A program made the position numbers and the translations under genes. A stretch of DNA of 64,000 bases. Source: Felis catus (Eukaryota). This document shows positions 40,668 through 53,963 of this stretch, piece by piece. Under the pieces are notes generated by a model. It made no database searches, had not been told where the DNA came from, and saw only the letters and a program-made list of their open reading frames with translations. Position 1 is the first letter of the stretch. Each line of letters begins with the position of its first letter. The stretch covers positions 21,144,001 through 21,208,000 of the forward strand of contig NC_058368.1 of the NCBI RefSeq assembly GCF_018350175.1. The letters are read 5' to 3'.

Positions 40668-41700
40668 AATCTTAAAAAATAGCCACAGGAACAAAGATCA
40701 GACTGACAGAAAATTTCCTGTTAGAAATCATGAAAACAAGAAGATAGTGGATCAACAACTTTAAAATAAAAAAAAAATAAAATTAGGACAAGGAAAATCT
40801 CTTCAATAAATAGTGCTGAGAAAACTGGTTTTCCACATGCAGAAGAATGAAATTAGGCCCTTATCTCACTCTGTATACAAAAACCAACTCAAAATAGATT
40901 AAAGACTTAAATACAGTATCTAAAACCATAAAACTGTTAGCAGAAAACAGAGGAAAAAGCTGCTTTACAATGATCTGGACAATTATTTTTGGGGTATGAT
41001 CCCAAAAGCATAAGCAACAAAAGCAAAAATAGACAAATGGAATTGCATCAAACTAAAAAGCTTCTTCACAGCAAAGGAAACAATTAACAAGGTAAAGAAG
41101 CAACCTGTGAAATGAGAGAAAATATTTGCAAACCATATATCTGTCAAGGGGTTAATATCCAAAATATATAAGGAACTCAACTCAATAACAAGAAAACAAA
41201 TAACCAGATTAAAGAATGGATAAAGGACCTGAATTGACATTTCTCAAGAGAAAACATACAAGTGGCCAACAAATATATGAAAAGAAACTGAATATCACTA
41301 ATTATCAGGGAAACGCAAAACAAAACCATGATTAAGTATCACCTCACACCTATTAAAATGATTATAATCAAAAAGACAAAAGATAACAAGTTTTGATGAG
41401 GCTATGTAGGAAAGGGAGTCCTTGTGCACTGTCAGTGGGAATGTAATTCTTACAACTCTTATGGAAAACAGTTTAGAAGTTCCTTAAAAAATTAAAAATA
41501 GAACTACCATATGATTCAGCAATCTCACTTGTGGGTATATATTCAAAGGAAATGAAAGCAATATCTCAAAGAAATACCTGCATTCATGTTCATTAGAGCA
41601 TTATTCATAATAGCCAAAATATACAAACAACCCAAGTGTCCACTGATAGACGAATGGATAAAAGATGTGTGAAATATGTATATATGTATGTGATATGATA
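40090..41700 (+). mobile_element. Old L1 remnants: ORF1-like part, then an L1MA/MB-type ORF2 3' part from about 40785
   Basis: aattggagtccc...ccaagaagctcaaga; cttcaataaatagtgctgagaaaactgg...aaaaatagaactaccatatgattcagcaat. Confidence 0.8.
40614..40668 (+). repeat. (AAAT)n microsatellite
   Basis: About 13 units. Confidence 0.95.
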
Positions 41701-42861
41701 TTTTTATACATATGCATACCTCTGTTAATACATGAAACATTGTATTAGATTTTTTTGTTCCTAATTTTTTTTGTTAGATTCTGTCCATATCCTTCTTTGA
41801 ATCATTATTTCTCTTTGAGTTATTCTTTCTATCCTACTCTTTTTCTTTTATGAAATTGTGAAATCCTTAAAGACAAGGGCCTTTGTATAACTAGTGCCAA
41901 ACAGAGGATTAAACATGTAGCAGGGCCTCAGTAAAGACATAAGTGAACCTGATAATCTTAGAATAGAAGGGAGATGTGAAAAATAGGAACCTGAGAAACT
42001 TGAACAGCCACTGTGGACTATGGAAATAGCTGTTAACTAGGACTAAGTAAAATGGTACCTGAGTGATACTGAAGTTCAGCTGAGACTGAGAACCTTCAGT
42101 ATGGGTCTAATCAGCAAGTGCTTCCTGGAGGTAAGGGTGGCAGAACAATGAGGAAGAAAAGAGAATTTAAGTTTTGGTAACAATGATTAGCCAGTGGGAC
42201 CCAGAGAATAGTCAGATAAATGACTCAAGATGGACTAATTGATTAAAGTGAGCCTGAGAAACACTACGAGTAGTCTCCACTTGCCTGACTTTCTAGAGAA
42301 GCAACACCATCAAAAAATCCAAGCAAAATCTAGTCATCATGTAAAGTGTGGGATAAAGTTAATGTTCTAAGAAAAATTAAATTTGTGGTTAAAACTCTTC
42401 CTACAAAAACAACCCCAGGCCCAAATGGCTTTCCTGGTACATTCAACTAAACATTTAAGGAATAAATAAGACCATTTCTACACAGACTCTTCCAGAAAGT
42501 TAAAGAAGAGGGGATATTTCCCAATTCATTCTGCAAATCATCAATACACTGATAGCAAAACCAAAGGCATTATGTGAAAACTACAGTCAATATTCCTCAT
42601 AAAAATAAATACAAAAGTTCTAAACACAGTTTTGGTGAATCAGATTCAACAACAGTTAACAAGGATAAAATTTCATAACCAAGTGGAGTTCGTCCCAGGA
42701 ATTCAAGGCTGATTTAACATTCACAAATATCAATGTAATTCACCATATTACCAAACTAAAAAAGAAAAAACATGTATCATTTCAATACATCTATAGAAAG
42801 TATATGACCAAATCCAAAGTTTATTCTTATAAAAAAAAAAAAAAAAAAAAAAAAAACTCCC

Positions 42862-43070
42862 GGAGCACCTGGGTGGCTCAGTCGGTTAAGCGTCCGACTT
42901 CGGCTCAGGTCATGATCTGGCGGTCTGTGAGTTCGAGCCCCCCGTCAGGCTCTGCGCTGACAGCTCAGAGCCTGGAACCTGTTTCAGATTCTGTGTCTCC
43001 CTCTCTCTGACCCTCCCCCATTCATGCTCTGTCTCTCTCTGTCTCAAAAATAAATAAACATTAAAAAAAA
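42862..43070 (+). mobile_element. Can-SINE (first of a tandem pair)
   Basis: Flanked by aaaaaactc. Confidence 0.95.
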
Positions 43071-43078
43071 AAAACTCA

Positions 43079-43306
43079 GGGGCGCCTGGGTGGCGCAGTC
43101 GGTTAAGCGTCGGACTTCAGCCAGGTCACGATCTCGCAGTCCGTGAGTTCGAGCCCCGCGTCAGGCTCTGGGCTGATGGCTCAGAGCCTGGAGCCTGTTT
43201 CTGATTCTGTGTCTCCCTCTCTCTCTGCCCCTCCCCCGTTCATGCTCCGTCTCTCTCTGTCCCAAAAATAAATAAACGTTGAAAAAAAAAATTAAAAAAA
43301 AAAAAA
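43079..43306 (+). mobile_element. Young Can-SINE (second of the tandem pair)
   Basis: Flanked by aaaaaactc. Near-identical to 38099-38300. Confidence 0.95.
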
Positions 43307-44777
43307 AACTCCCAGAAAATTAGGAATAGAAAGGAACTTCCTCAAATGGACACAGGATATCTATAAAAAAAAACCTAGAGTCAACATCACACTTCGTAGG
43401 GTGGGTTCCTTCTCTCTAAGATCAGGAACAAGACAAGAATGTCTACTCTCACTGCTTTTAGTCAACATTATACTGAAGGTTATAACAAGTATAAAAAGAT
43501 AAAAAACAAATCAAAGGCATAAAGATTGGAAAGGGAAAAGTAAAAAGAAGATCACATGATCATCTGGATGAAAATTTGATGGAATGTAGAAAGAAGGTAC
43601 TAGAAGTAATAATGAGCTAACTAATACAGCAAGGTCACAGCATTATAATATCAATAAATAAGAATTAATCATATTTCTACATACAATGAGCAATCAGAAT
43701 ATGAAATTTTAAAAATATTCACAATAACAACAAAAAAATAAGAAAATCTTAGAAAAATAACATAACACTGCTGAGAAAATTTAAGATCAAATGAATGGAG
43801 AGCTATATCTTGCTTATGAATTAGAGTACTCAATATTTTTAAGATGTAAAATTTTGCTAAACTGATCTATAGATGCAACACACAATCCTAATCAAAATAT
43901 CAGTGGGCATTTTTGTAGAAATTAACAAATTAATTCTAAAAAAAATCATATGGAAATGCAAAGGACCTGGTGTAGCCGGAACAATTTCAAAAAGTAAGAA
44001 CAAAGTTGGAGGATTTACGCTACTTGATTTTAAGACTTATAAATTACAGTAACCAACACAGTGTGGTATGGGCATAAGGATGACAGATCACTGGAATTGG
44101 ACAAAAAGTCCAGAAATAGATGCAAACATTTGTGGACAACTGATTTTCAACAAAAGTACAAAGTCAATTCAATGGAGAAATAATAGCCTTTTTAACAAAT
44201 GGTGCAGGAACAATAGGATATCTACATGCAAAAATTAACTTTGATACATAACTTACACCATACATAAAAAATAACTCAGAAAATCTAAACATTATTGAAA
44301 AAATAAAGGTCTAAAAAAATAGAGAGGACTTGTTCTTAGATCTAAAGACTTGATATAGTAAAGACATAAGTTCTGTGTAAATTAATCTATAGAGTCTACA
44401 AAATCCCCATGAATATCTCAACTTTGAAGATGAAGAGTTAAGATTTGATAAGCTGATTCCAATACTTATATATAAATGCAAAAGCCTATAATAGTTAAGA
44501 TATGGTTTAAAAAGAATAATTTTGGAAGACTCCATCTACTCAACATCAAGACTAACTAAAAAGCACAGTAAATAAAACAGTGTAATATTAACCTAAAAAT
44601 GGAGAAATAGAATGAAATAGTCCAGAAAGATAGGTTTATGACAAAGATGACACAATAGAATATCAATATAGAAAAAAAGTTGAAATTCAACTTCCTTTCT
44701 CACACTATACACAAACATCAATTCAGGTGGACAAATGAAAAAGATAAAACAATAACCTGTTAGAATATAACATTGGC

Positions 44778-44906
44778 AGGGCACCTAGGTGGCTCAGTCT
44801 TTTAAGGGATCAACTCTTTATTTCGGCTCAGAATCTCACAGTTCATGAGTTCATGAGTTCAAGCCCCACATTGGGCTCTGTACTGACAGTGTAGAACCTG
44901 CTTGGG

Positions 44907-44940
<34 letters not shown>

Positions 44941-44962
44941 CCCCCTCTCTCCACCTCCCCTG

Positions 44963-44993
<31 letters not shown>

Positions 44994-45012
44994 AAAAATA
45001 AATAAACAAAAA
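44778..45012 (+). mobile_element. Can-SINE
   Basis: TSD tataacattggca / tataaaatattggca. Confidence 0.9.
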
Positions 45013-46921
45013 AGTATAAAATATTGGCAAATATATTCATAATCTCTGGGGAGAGAAAAACATCTTAAACAGAACACAAAAAATATTAACTGTAAAGGAA
45101 AACATAGATCAAATTGACTCCATTAAAATTAAGAATTTCTATCCATCAGAAGATACCATTAAGAAATCACAGAGCATGAGAACATATTTGCATATATATC
45201 TCACAAAAGGCTCATATCTAGGATATTTAAACAGCTCCTTCAAATCAATAAGAAAAAGACAAACAACTCAGTAGAAAAAAAAAGGAATAAGACACTTGAA
45301 AAGATACCTCCAGAAGTTAATATCCAAATGCTAACTTACATAAGAAAAGATACTCCACTGCACAGGTACTAGGTAATCAGAGAGTGGAAAATAAAAACCA
45401 CAGTGAAATACCAGAATGACTAAACTTAAAAAGATTGACAACACCAATACTGGCAAAGATGTAGGCCAATGGGAACTCTCTATATGTCTGATGGGGAAAG
45501 GGGGAAAAAATTTAGTACAACCATTTTGGAAAACAGCTTAGCATTATCTACTAACACTGAAGATACTCCTGTCCTCTGGCTCATCAATTTCACCAAAATA
45601 TACATGCAAAGATGTTAAGAAGAATGTTATAGAAATATTATTTTTCATAGGAAAAAATGAGAAAAAGCCCAACAGTAGATAAATAAATTGTGGTATATTT
45701 ATATTATAATGGAATACAACACAGTAATAAAAAAAATAAGCTATAGCTATTCATAACAACATGGGTTACTCCCAAAAAGTAACGGTGTAACAAAGAAGGC
45801 AGACAAAATAAAGACATATACTAAATGGCTTCACTTTAATATAGTGTCCAAAAAATAATAATAATAAACCAAACTAAATCTTTGCATCTGGGGACACAAA
45901 CATTTTCAGGTGGTAAAACATAAAGAAAAACAAAGATGTTATTATAATAAAAGTTGGCGTAGTGGTTACCTTTGGAGGGAGAAAGGAATTGATGATTGGG
46001 AAAGGTCATGAAAGGGGTCTCCTAGAAGCTGGTGATGCTCTATTTCTTGGTAGTAGTTCAACAACTATTTGGTTTATGATACATTATTAAGCTGTACATA
46101 CTTGTTATATGCAGTTTTTGTGTATGTAATATTCCACAACTTTTATGATACTAAATTAACAACAACAGCAACAAAACCAGACTTCGCCGGGCAGACTTCT
46201 ATGGCTTATGTATGAGTAACGCCTACAATGAGAAGCTGTTGGCCAAACACCAATCACCCACTGCCAAAACTAGATTCACCAGAGAAATGACTCTCAATTG
46301 TTTTTTCACATGTGCTGATAGTTGTCAGGATCTAGAGCAATAAACCAAGCCAGGGCAGGAACCCCTGTGTTTTTACTAGTCCTCATTCATTCCTATCAAT
46401 TCATTCATTAAACACAATAATATTAAACATCGTCTACAGCCCAGGTGTTGGGCAAGGTGCTGAGGTTGAACCTCAGTGTTGAACAAGTCAGGCATGATCA
46501 CTGTCCTCATGGAGCAATCCCAATCCAGGGCAGGGTGGTAGGGGTGGCCAAGAGGGAGTAAGGGGGTTAGGGGAGAAAATAAGCAATATTAAAAATTGTG
46601 TGGAATGAATGAACAATGAAAAAGCTACCGCTTTTTTTGTCAAAAAACTGAGTGAAGATATTATAAGAAAATCGTCATCTGAGAAGCCACCTCCATGGAA
46701 GGTACCTCCTTCAATTCCTTAACTAAAGATTAAACAGCAGACCAGAAAGATACCACATTAAGCTTCCCCCATTTTGGAGAAAATTGTGGATCCCCACTCA
46801 TAGATTTAGTCCATTTTGGAAGCTGTCTCCACGACCACACTATTAAAACGTCAAATGGAAGAAAAGTAGGTATACTTGAGTAAGAATATCAGGATGGGTC
46901 CTTTCAAAGAACCATATGTTT

Positions 46922-47130
46922 GGGGCACCTGCGTGGCTCAGTTGGTTAAGCGTCCAACTTCGGCTCAGGTCATGATCTCACAGTTCGTGGGTTCAAGCCC
47001 TGTGTCGGGCTCTGTGCTGACAGCTCAGAGCCTGGAGACTGCTTCGGATTCTGTGTCTCCCTCTCTCTCTGTCCCTCCCCGCTTGCACTCTGTCTCTCTC
47101 TAAAAAAATAAATAAACGTTCAAAAACAAA
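46922..47130 (+). mobile_element. Can-SINE
   Basis: TSD tatgttt. Confidence 0.94.
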
Positions 47131-50100
47131 AACTATGTTTTACATCCCTGCGATCATTGAAACATTAGGATGTATCTATAGCTTCTGTTTTCATGTTCAG
47201 GGTTTATTTTAGATAGCAAATTTTAGTTGATTTCAACAATTCAACCCATCAAGTAGTTCCTGAGCGCCTGTGTATTGCCCAGGCTCTGCTCTAGGCACAG
47301 GATACAAATTGAAGGTACCACAGTGTGTTTTCACTAGTCATCATTCATTTGGTCGCCGCCGGGGCTAACACGAGGTCCTCTTGAGGTGGCTGGTCCTGTG
47401 GGAATGTCACATCAGATAATGTGCCTAGTCTCAGACCAGATCACAAACTCAAAAGAACTTAGTGGGGTGGGGCAGGTCAGGTAGTGCCTGCGCGCTCATT
47501 ATCTGGAGCCCCTCACCTGGCCTTCTAGATAGGGAAGATTACCCAAAACACTTGTTCACCAAATTAGTTCTTTTACTAATTAAACCAATACTTGGTGAGC
47601 ACAACTGTATCAGTGCTTATTGTCCCATTGGCTGCAGGTACTGATGGCTCCAGCGAAAACTTCTCTTCGGAGCCAGAATTCCAGGACAAAGGATACACAT
47701 CTTGTGTGGAGCTATGGTTCTTGCTCAGGATCACACGGGCAGTAGTAGATGGCAAAGCCTCAGGGAAGGGTTTGCTGAGACACGCTCCCATCACACACTT
47801 TGGTGGATGTACACGTGCATGTCAACTTCGGCGGACAGGCTCCCTCTCCTCTGTACCTCCAGCCACCAGCATCTTCCCTAGGCTGCGTCTAGTGTGATGG
47901 CCCTGCTGGTCCTGAGCTTGGCACAAGCTTGGCATGAGCCTAATTTAAGCAGAAGACTCCAGGAGGGAGGTATGGAATGGGAGGCTTTCCCCGCTGGGGG
48001 TGTGGGGGGAGTTGGTGAGACAGTGGACAAACTGGGTGGTTTCGCCTTGGTGGTGGTTTAGCCATCTCCCAGGAGGAAAAGTACTCAGCAGACTAACAGC
48101 AAGGCGTGCTCATCAAAGGTTAGTTTGCAAAAAGCAGGAATAAATGCAAACAAATAAATGCATACAATGCACAGACTACCTAGCTTGCTACAGACACTGC
48201 CAGCCTTTCCTGTCCAACTACAAAAGCAAACATCTCTCTGTCTTCTCAGGAACAGAAATAAAGCACTCTCTCTCCAAGGACCACCCCGACAGTGTGCGTG
48301 GGAAAGACACAGGGCCCATCAACTGCTGGCTCCTTATTCCAACCGCCCTCCTCCCTGCCCAAACAGCAGACGTCCACCACTACTTTTCATCTCCAAATGA
48401 GACTACAACCCCCTGTCCGTATGAGGCATTTTACTGCTAGGAAGGAGGACTTCTTCCAGACTTCTCAGCCAAATAAGAAGGTTCTACCATCTCCTTTTCA
48501 AGAAGCTTACAGACAGCAGGGAAGTGGGAAATTCCAATTCCTCAGGAGTATTTATTTGGGGGGAAGGGAGTAAATATGGGTGTGTCTAAAGCATGTGCGT
48601 GTATGAAGTATGCGTATGTAAACAGTCATAGCTGCCAGAAGAGAATAAGTAAGGCACAAGAAGGTTTGTTTTTTTTTAATTTTCACTTATTTTAATTAGG
48701 TTGTGAGGGTTTTTTTTTCCTGTATTCTTTCTCCTATTTTTTTCTCTGCATGAACCAAAGAAGAGAATGGCATTGAGAAAGAGTTTGTAAAGAGGGTTCT
48801 CTAATATTTCTACCTCCTTGGAGATGCAGCAAAAGGAGAAAGAAACTTATTGTACTTTATATTAAACCTTTAAAAAAAATCTAATATCTTTGTATATCCT
48901 GAGCAGATGTGAATGGTAATAGTGCCAGCATCTTAGACTAAGATTCCCCCAGTTTCCTCTGTTACAGCCAGTCTCCCACCCCCACCCCCACCCCCACCCT
49001 CAACTAAAACAGATCTGAAACTCAGAAAGCCTAACCATTCCTGCATTTAAAAATATATTTGCAAGTCATCCAGCGACTTTATTTCCTTCCTCAAAAAAAT
49101 CCTCTAAATTTATTTTGTGAAGAGGAAGGGGGAAAAGAGTATCTTCTCGGTACCCCTGTAATCTGTAGGCTGACCCCAAAACTAAATATACGTAGTCATG
49201 ACTATCTGAAAACTGCACCATTCTTCTTGGAAGGGTGAATAGCTCTATTCATTGCTTTCTTTCCCTTCAATATGAAATGAAGATAAATAGTGAAAGTGGC
49301 ATTGTATTGGTTCATTTAAACACCAGTCTCTCCTCTTAAAAATACTGTTAGTGTGAAACTTCCCTGACATGATTTTAAACCTCAGTGTGTACCCTGCTGG
49401 TTATGTCCACCAGAAGCTACAGTTGACTGCCAAGAGCCATTAATCAGAAAAGGAAATGGATGTACCGGATCCTGGAAATGGTGGAAGGACTGTGCTTCTC
49501 TGCAGAGAGGCTCCCCTCCTCTGCCCCATTTTGGCTTAGGTCCCAACAGAAGACACAGGACCTCAAGTACAGCACATTCCCTCCCTTCAGGGGTGGGAGC
49601 CATGGGAGAACAACAGGGCTCACGGAGGCACTGTGACGTTCTGAACCCCTGGTAACATAACTGGGTGTCACCACAGTCTGTACATAACAGAAAAAGGGCA
49701 GTAAAGGGCATAAAATGTGCTTACACTGGCCTCTGAGACTAGACAAGCTCCAGGGACCCTTCCAGTCCATGTTCCGCAATACCTAGAGGCATGCACACCT
49801 CTGTCAGCATTGGACAAGTGCACAGCAACACCATCTTGGTCAAAGCCAACTCTGGGCACTCACCCAACAAACCTGAGTTGCTTTCCTGCCCACTCTTTAT
49901 TTTTTCATGACATTTGAAAGGCAAAGTATAGGAAATGGTTTTAGAAGGCAAACAAGTGACTCTCGTTCACAGAACTGATATTTTAGAACAAGGCCAAATT
50001 AAGTTATTTCAAAGATTTATATTTAATTTGTGCCATCAGTAACCAAACATTTTCGAGAGTTAGTGGGTATAGTGGACTGAAAACTATGAGGAAGAGACTA

Positions 50101-51054
50101 TCAACATTCAGGCCACATAAAGAGAGAAGAGAGAGAACAATTAGAATATCAACCCAAAATACAGTGGAGGAATCCCACTAATCTTTTTATTTTATACCTG
50201 GGGGTAGGATGCAGGAGAGTTGATGTTCGCTTTTGGGTTTTTGCTTGTAATAAACACATTTCACTTTTGAGCTAGGCTGTGCCAGTTAGTGACATAATGT
50301 CCACACAGTAATATGATATGGTAAGCACAAATGCAGTGCACAGACCAGACTGCGGCCTGGGAAAGACAAGCTCTGTCCATATATCAACGGGAATGGCCTG
50401 GAACTCAGGGAGTGAGTATTTTGAAGCAATCGTACATGAATTCACCTTCAGGAGATTAGAGGCTGATGTCACCAGGAGAGTGAAGTCATCAAAAATGACC
50501 TAAACTGATGGGATGTTGCCAGAACAAAGCCGCACTGTGCAGACACACAGCTTAACTCCTTCTGGGCCTAAGATTTCTCCAAGGCATTTTTTGGTGAATG
50601 CAAGGAGACTTCAATGGAGACAACAAAGCCAACAAGACTCCCATTCTCCTTGGCATCAGCTGGTGTTACTTGATGGAAGAGACTTGAAAATAGATTCTAA
50701 TAATTCAATTAATTAAATGCCCAAGAGTAAACCCCCTTCTTTTCATCAAAGAGTTCTACCCTGTCTCTATGCTTCCCCAAGGGAAAAGTACTAGTAGGCT
50801 TGTAACAAATAGCACTGATTTGGAATGAAGGGAATTGTTAGCAATTCCAGAGTGGAATAGTTGGGCCCCTGGAATGGTAATGGAATGACACTACCAAAAA
50901 CAGTCCCTTCAAAAGGCAACTGGCTGCATGAGTCTGTCTGTGATCCTCAGTGGAGTATTCCATGAGCCAGTAAGCAATAAGATATGGAGCCATCCCTGCC
51001 TCCACGGAACTACCTAGCATCCAGGAACCATTTCCTTCTATGTGTTACCTTTAT

Positions 51055-51055
<1 letters not shown>

Positions 51056-51095
<40 letters not shown>

Positions 51096-51249
51096 GTGAG
51101 AAAGAGATATCAGGGGAAGGGCAGAGGGAGAGGGAAAGAGAGAATCCTAAGCAGGCTCCATGCCCAGCATGAGATCACAAACTCAAGATCATGACCTGAG
51201 CCAAAATCAAGAGTCAGAGGCTCAACCGACTGAGCCACCCAGGCACCCC
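51056..51249 (-). mobile_element. Can-SINE with long poly(A) tail
   Basis: TSD acctttattctt / acctttgttctt. Confidence 0.9.
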
Positions 51250-51829
51250 ATGACCTTTGTTCTTGAGAACCAGTGCCACCTGCTTGTTTCACTCCCTTCG
51301 AATAAACCCTTGGCTACTGGAGATGTCATATAGCCAATCATACCTTACTTAGGCCAAGTAATAGCAACATACCTTCAAAACTTAAAAGTTAATTGGAAAC
51401 AGGAAAGACTTTCAGATAAGTGCACCCCCTTCAAGGCAGTAGTCATATTAACACTGACTCATCAAAATAGACTAGAGAATACCCTGCTGGAGGCCTTCTT
51501 AGAGGCTGAGAGTTGAACCTGGCCTCTTTTCTGGGATGAACATAGCATCTAGAATCTAGAATGCATAATCAAGTGGGTTACCATGGGCATCTTATAAGCT
51601 GAAAACTATTATTTACTGAAAATATTTTGATTTCATGATGGTCTTCTACAAAGCAAGGATAAAAGAACAACATCAAAAGGTTTGACCTTAATGAGTTGGC
51701 AAAGTGGGAGGCTGACTGCCTTCAGGGGGTGGTGGAAGCTATGCACAGAAGGTCTCCTGCCCCTAAAGCTCTCTCTCCTAATGCCTATCACATACCTAAA
51801 ACTCTACCTTCAAACAATCTGCCTTTTAA

Positions 51830-52072
51830 ATCAGTGCTTTATCACATTTTTCTCATCACAACTCATGTAAAGAATGTTTTACAGCAATGTTCAGTACTCA
51901 TACACACACAACAGAAACAAAAGTTCTGCCATAATAATTCCTTTCTGCTGCCTAAGATATGCTCTGCTAACTTCTACTCTGCTTCATTCTATATTTTTCA
52001 GTGCTGCTTTGACCCATTAATCTAATTTAACAACCACTAATAGGTCACGATTCACAATCTGAAAAACATTGA
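51830..52072. mobile_element. hAT-Charlie MITE remnant
   Basis: Ends cagtgctttatcaca... and ...ccactaataggtcacgattcacaatctgaaaaacattg look like degenerate terminal inverted repeats. Confidence 0.5.
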
Positions 52073-53861
52073 GATTTAAGGCCATTTTGGAACAGAACAG
52101 ATAAAATACAAATTAGGGTACTCAAGATAGAAAACTAAGATCATCTGGGGGGAAATCCTACAGTGCTTTAAGGCAAAGTCACAGGAGACCCTCATCAGAT
52201 CCTATCAGTCCTCTGACTACATAACTCTTCCTCTGTTCCTGCCCTCCCAAACTCATCCCCAATCACAGAAAGATAATATACCCTCCTGGAAAGAATCTAA
52301 CAGAAATCATCACACATTGTTTAACCGAGGCCAGTTGAAACCACTGAACGGAAGATCCAGGGGTCAATGCCCAATGAATGGACTGACACCATTAGGAAGC
52401 TGAGACTTAACTGGGGCCACTTTTCTAGGAGGGAGCCAAATTATACTGATTTTAGTGCACTCTTGCATCTACTTGCATAGTAAATGGAAAAGTTAACTGT
52501 GCTTTCTTACACTAAAGTATCTGACAAATCATGGGAGCCATTGGCTTTGGAAGCTAGGGCTGGCTTTCAGTGCCACTGAAACATCAAGAGATTTAGGCTG
52601 ATTCCATCTCGGGCTATTGGGTGAGCTACTCTGACCAAACATGGGATCAATTTTTAAAATACAGTAAATATTTACTCAGCCCTCCTCGGCGGGGCACTAT
52701 AAGAAATTTGTGGAGCCTTTTATTTGGTTGTATTCAACCAAATTCAGGTGTCCAGGTGTTTAACTGAACTAATATAACACAGAGTTGTGGTTAGGCTTAT
52801 TACCGTCACCCTAAGCCTGAACAGCCTTCAAGACCCTGGTACAATTTGCAGGTCTTCAAAATACTGTTCAACATCTATCGTTTTCCGACAAAATGTTACT
52901 TTTGATCCTTCCAACGTACTTTACTAAAATATCAATAACTTTCAAACATTCAAATTAACATGTGAATAAATGTATCATTGGCTGAGAGAGGCAATTCATA
53001 GATCTTAAAAGGGGGAACCAAAGTGGTCAGTTTCACTTTCTGTTTCCACTGAGACTAATTTCCTGTGCACTTGCCTTCAGATTTAAAATGAGTGAGAAAT
53101 AATCTAATTTTAAATCATAACTCATGTTCTTTACCTTTTTTGAAGTATTGCACCAGCCAGTAGGAGAAGCCCATCCCTAACGTTTGTAATATCCGGACAA
53201 AAGCACATATGGAGACCAGGCTCAGGTGCCCCTTTCTTTGCCCACCTGAGGAGCACTGATTACATGCATGTGGACACTCCAGCCAGCATGTGCAGGCTCT
53301 ACACCCCTTCATTCCACCTCCAAACAAAATCACTCCACAGGCGCACACCCAGGGTAGACACAGGGCCAGGGAAGTCTAGGTACTGGTCTCAGAGCGTAGT
53401 GTAGAAGTGGGCTGTCAGGAGAGGTATGAGGGACTGGTCAGAGGTGGGCCAGAGCAGGCATGGGGACCAAGGAAGGAGCCCCAGTTACCTGAAACCTAAG
53501 GGGGTGTGTAGGAGGCAGGAGTACTGCCCTAGTATCGATATATTCAGATTAATGAATTCAATGCGACACACATGACGTCCACAGCCCACAAATGAAACCT
53601 CGTCATTACGTCCTCAGAACAAACGTGAATACATGCCCAGCCGTATTTAGAACCCAAGTCCTAATACATTTGTTCTTAGAAAACAAGGCAAAACAAAAAT
53701 AAAACCAGCTTTCATTATTTTTACTCAAGTAGCATTTTGGGTTGGTTTTTTTTTTTTTTAAGTTAATTTTGAATACACTCATTTTTTCTTTTAGTGGCTT
53801 TTCAGTATGGAACCCATTTTAATCAGCGCCTGCCTGGAGCAAGTTCATAAAGATCTTATAC

Positions 53862-53963
53862 CTGATGTTCACTTCTGCTGTCGACGTATCCTGCCCATTT
53901 GCAGAGATCACAGAAAGGAGAATAACGGGGAAATCCACAGAAAGCAGGTCTTTTTCAGCAAGT
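53862..53963 (-). other. Candidate internal exon (102 nt, phase 2-2)
   Basis: Acceptor ctttctccttcctcttatgtacAG, donor cag|GTataa. One frame reads LAEKDLLSVDFPVILLSVISANGQDTSTAEVNI without a stop. No homology recognised. Confidence 0.35.

Larger units (their letters stand above)
42300..46140 (+). mobile_element. Ancient L1 (L1MC/MD/ME-type) ORF2 and 3' UTR remnants, probably two elements joined near 44280
   Basis: ccaggcccaaatggctttcctgg; ctaagatcaggaacaagacaagaatgtc; 3' UTR tagtggttacctttggaggg. ORF2 position jumps backwards at about 44280. Confidence 0.8.

Noticed and set aside
47592..47897. 101-aa ORF with an internal ctgcAG acceptor
   Set aside because: Non-ATG start, no convincing donor, no recognisable domain.
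50276..50320. Plus-strand 45-nt segment with AG and GTAAG boundaries
   Set aside because: Stop codons in all three frames and no supporting partner exons.
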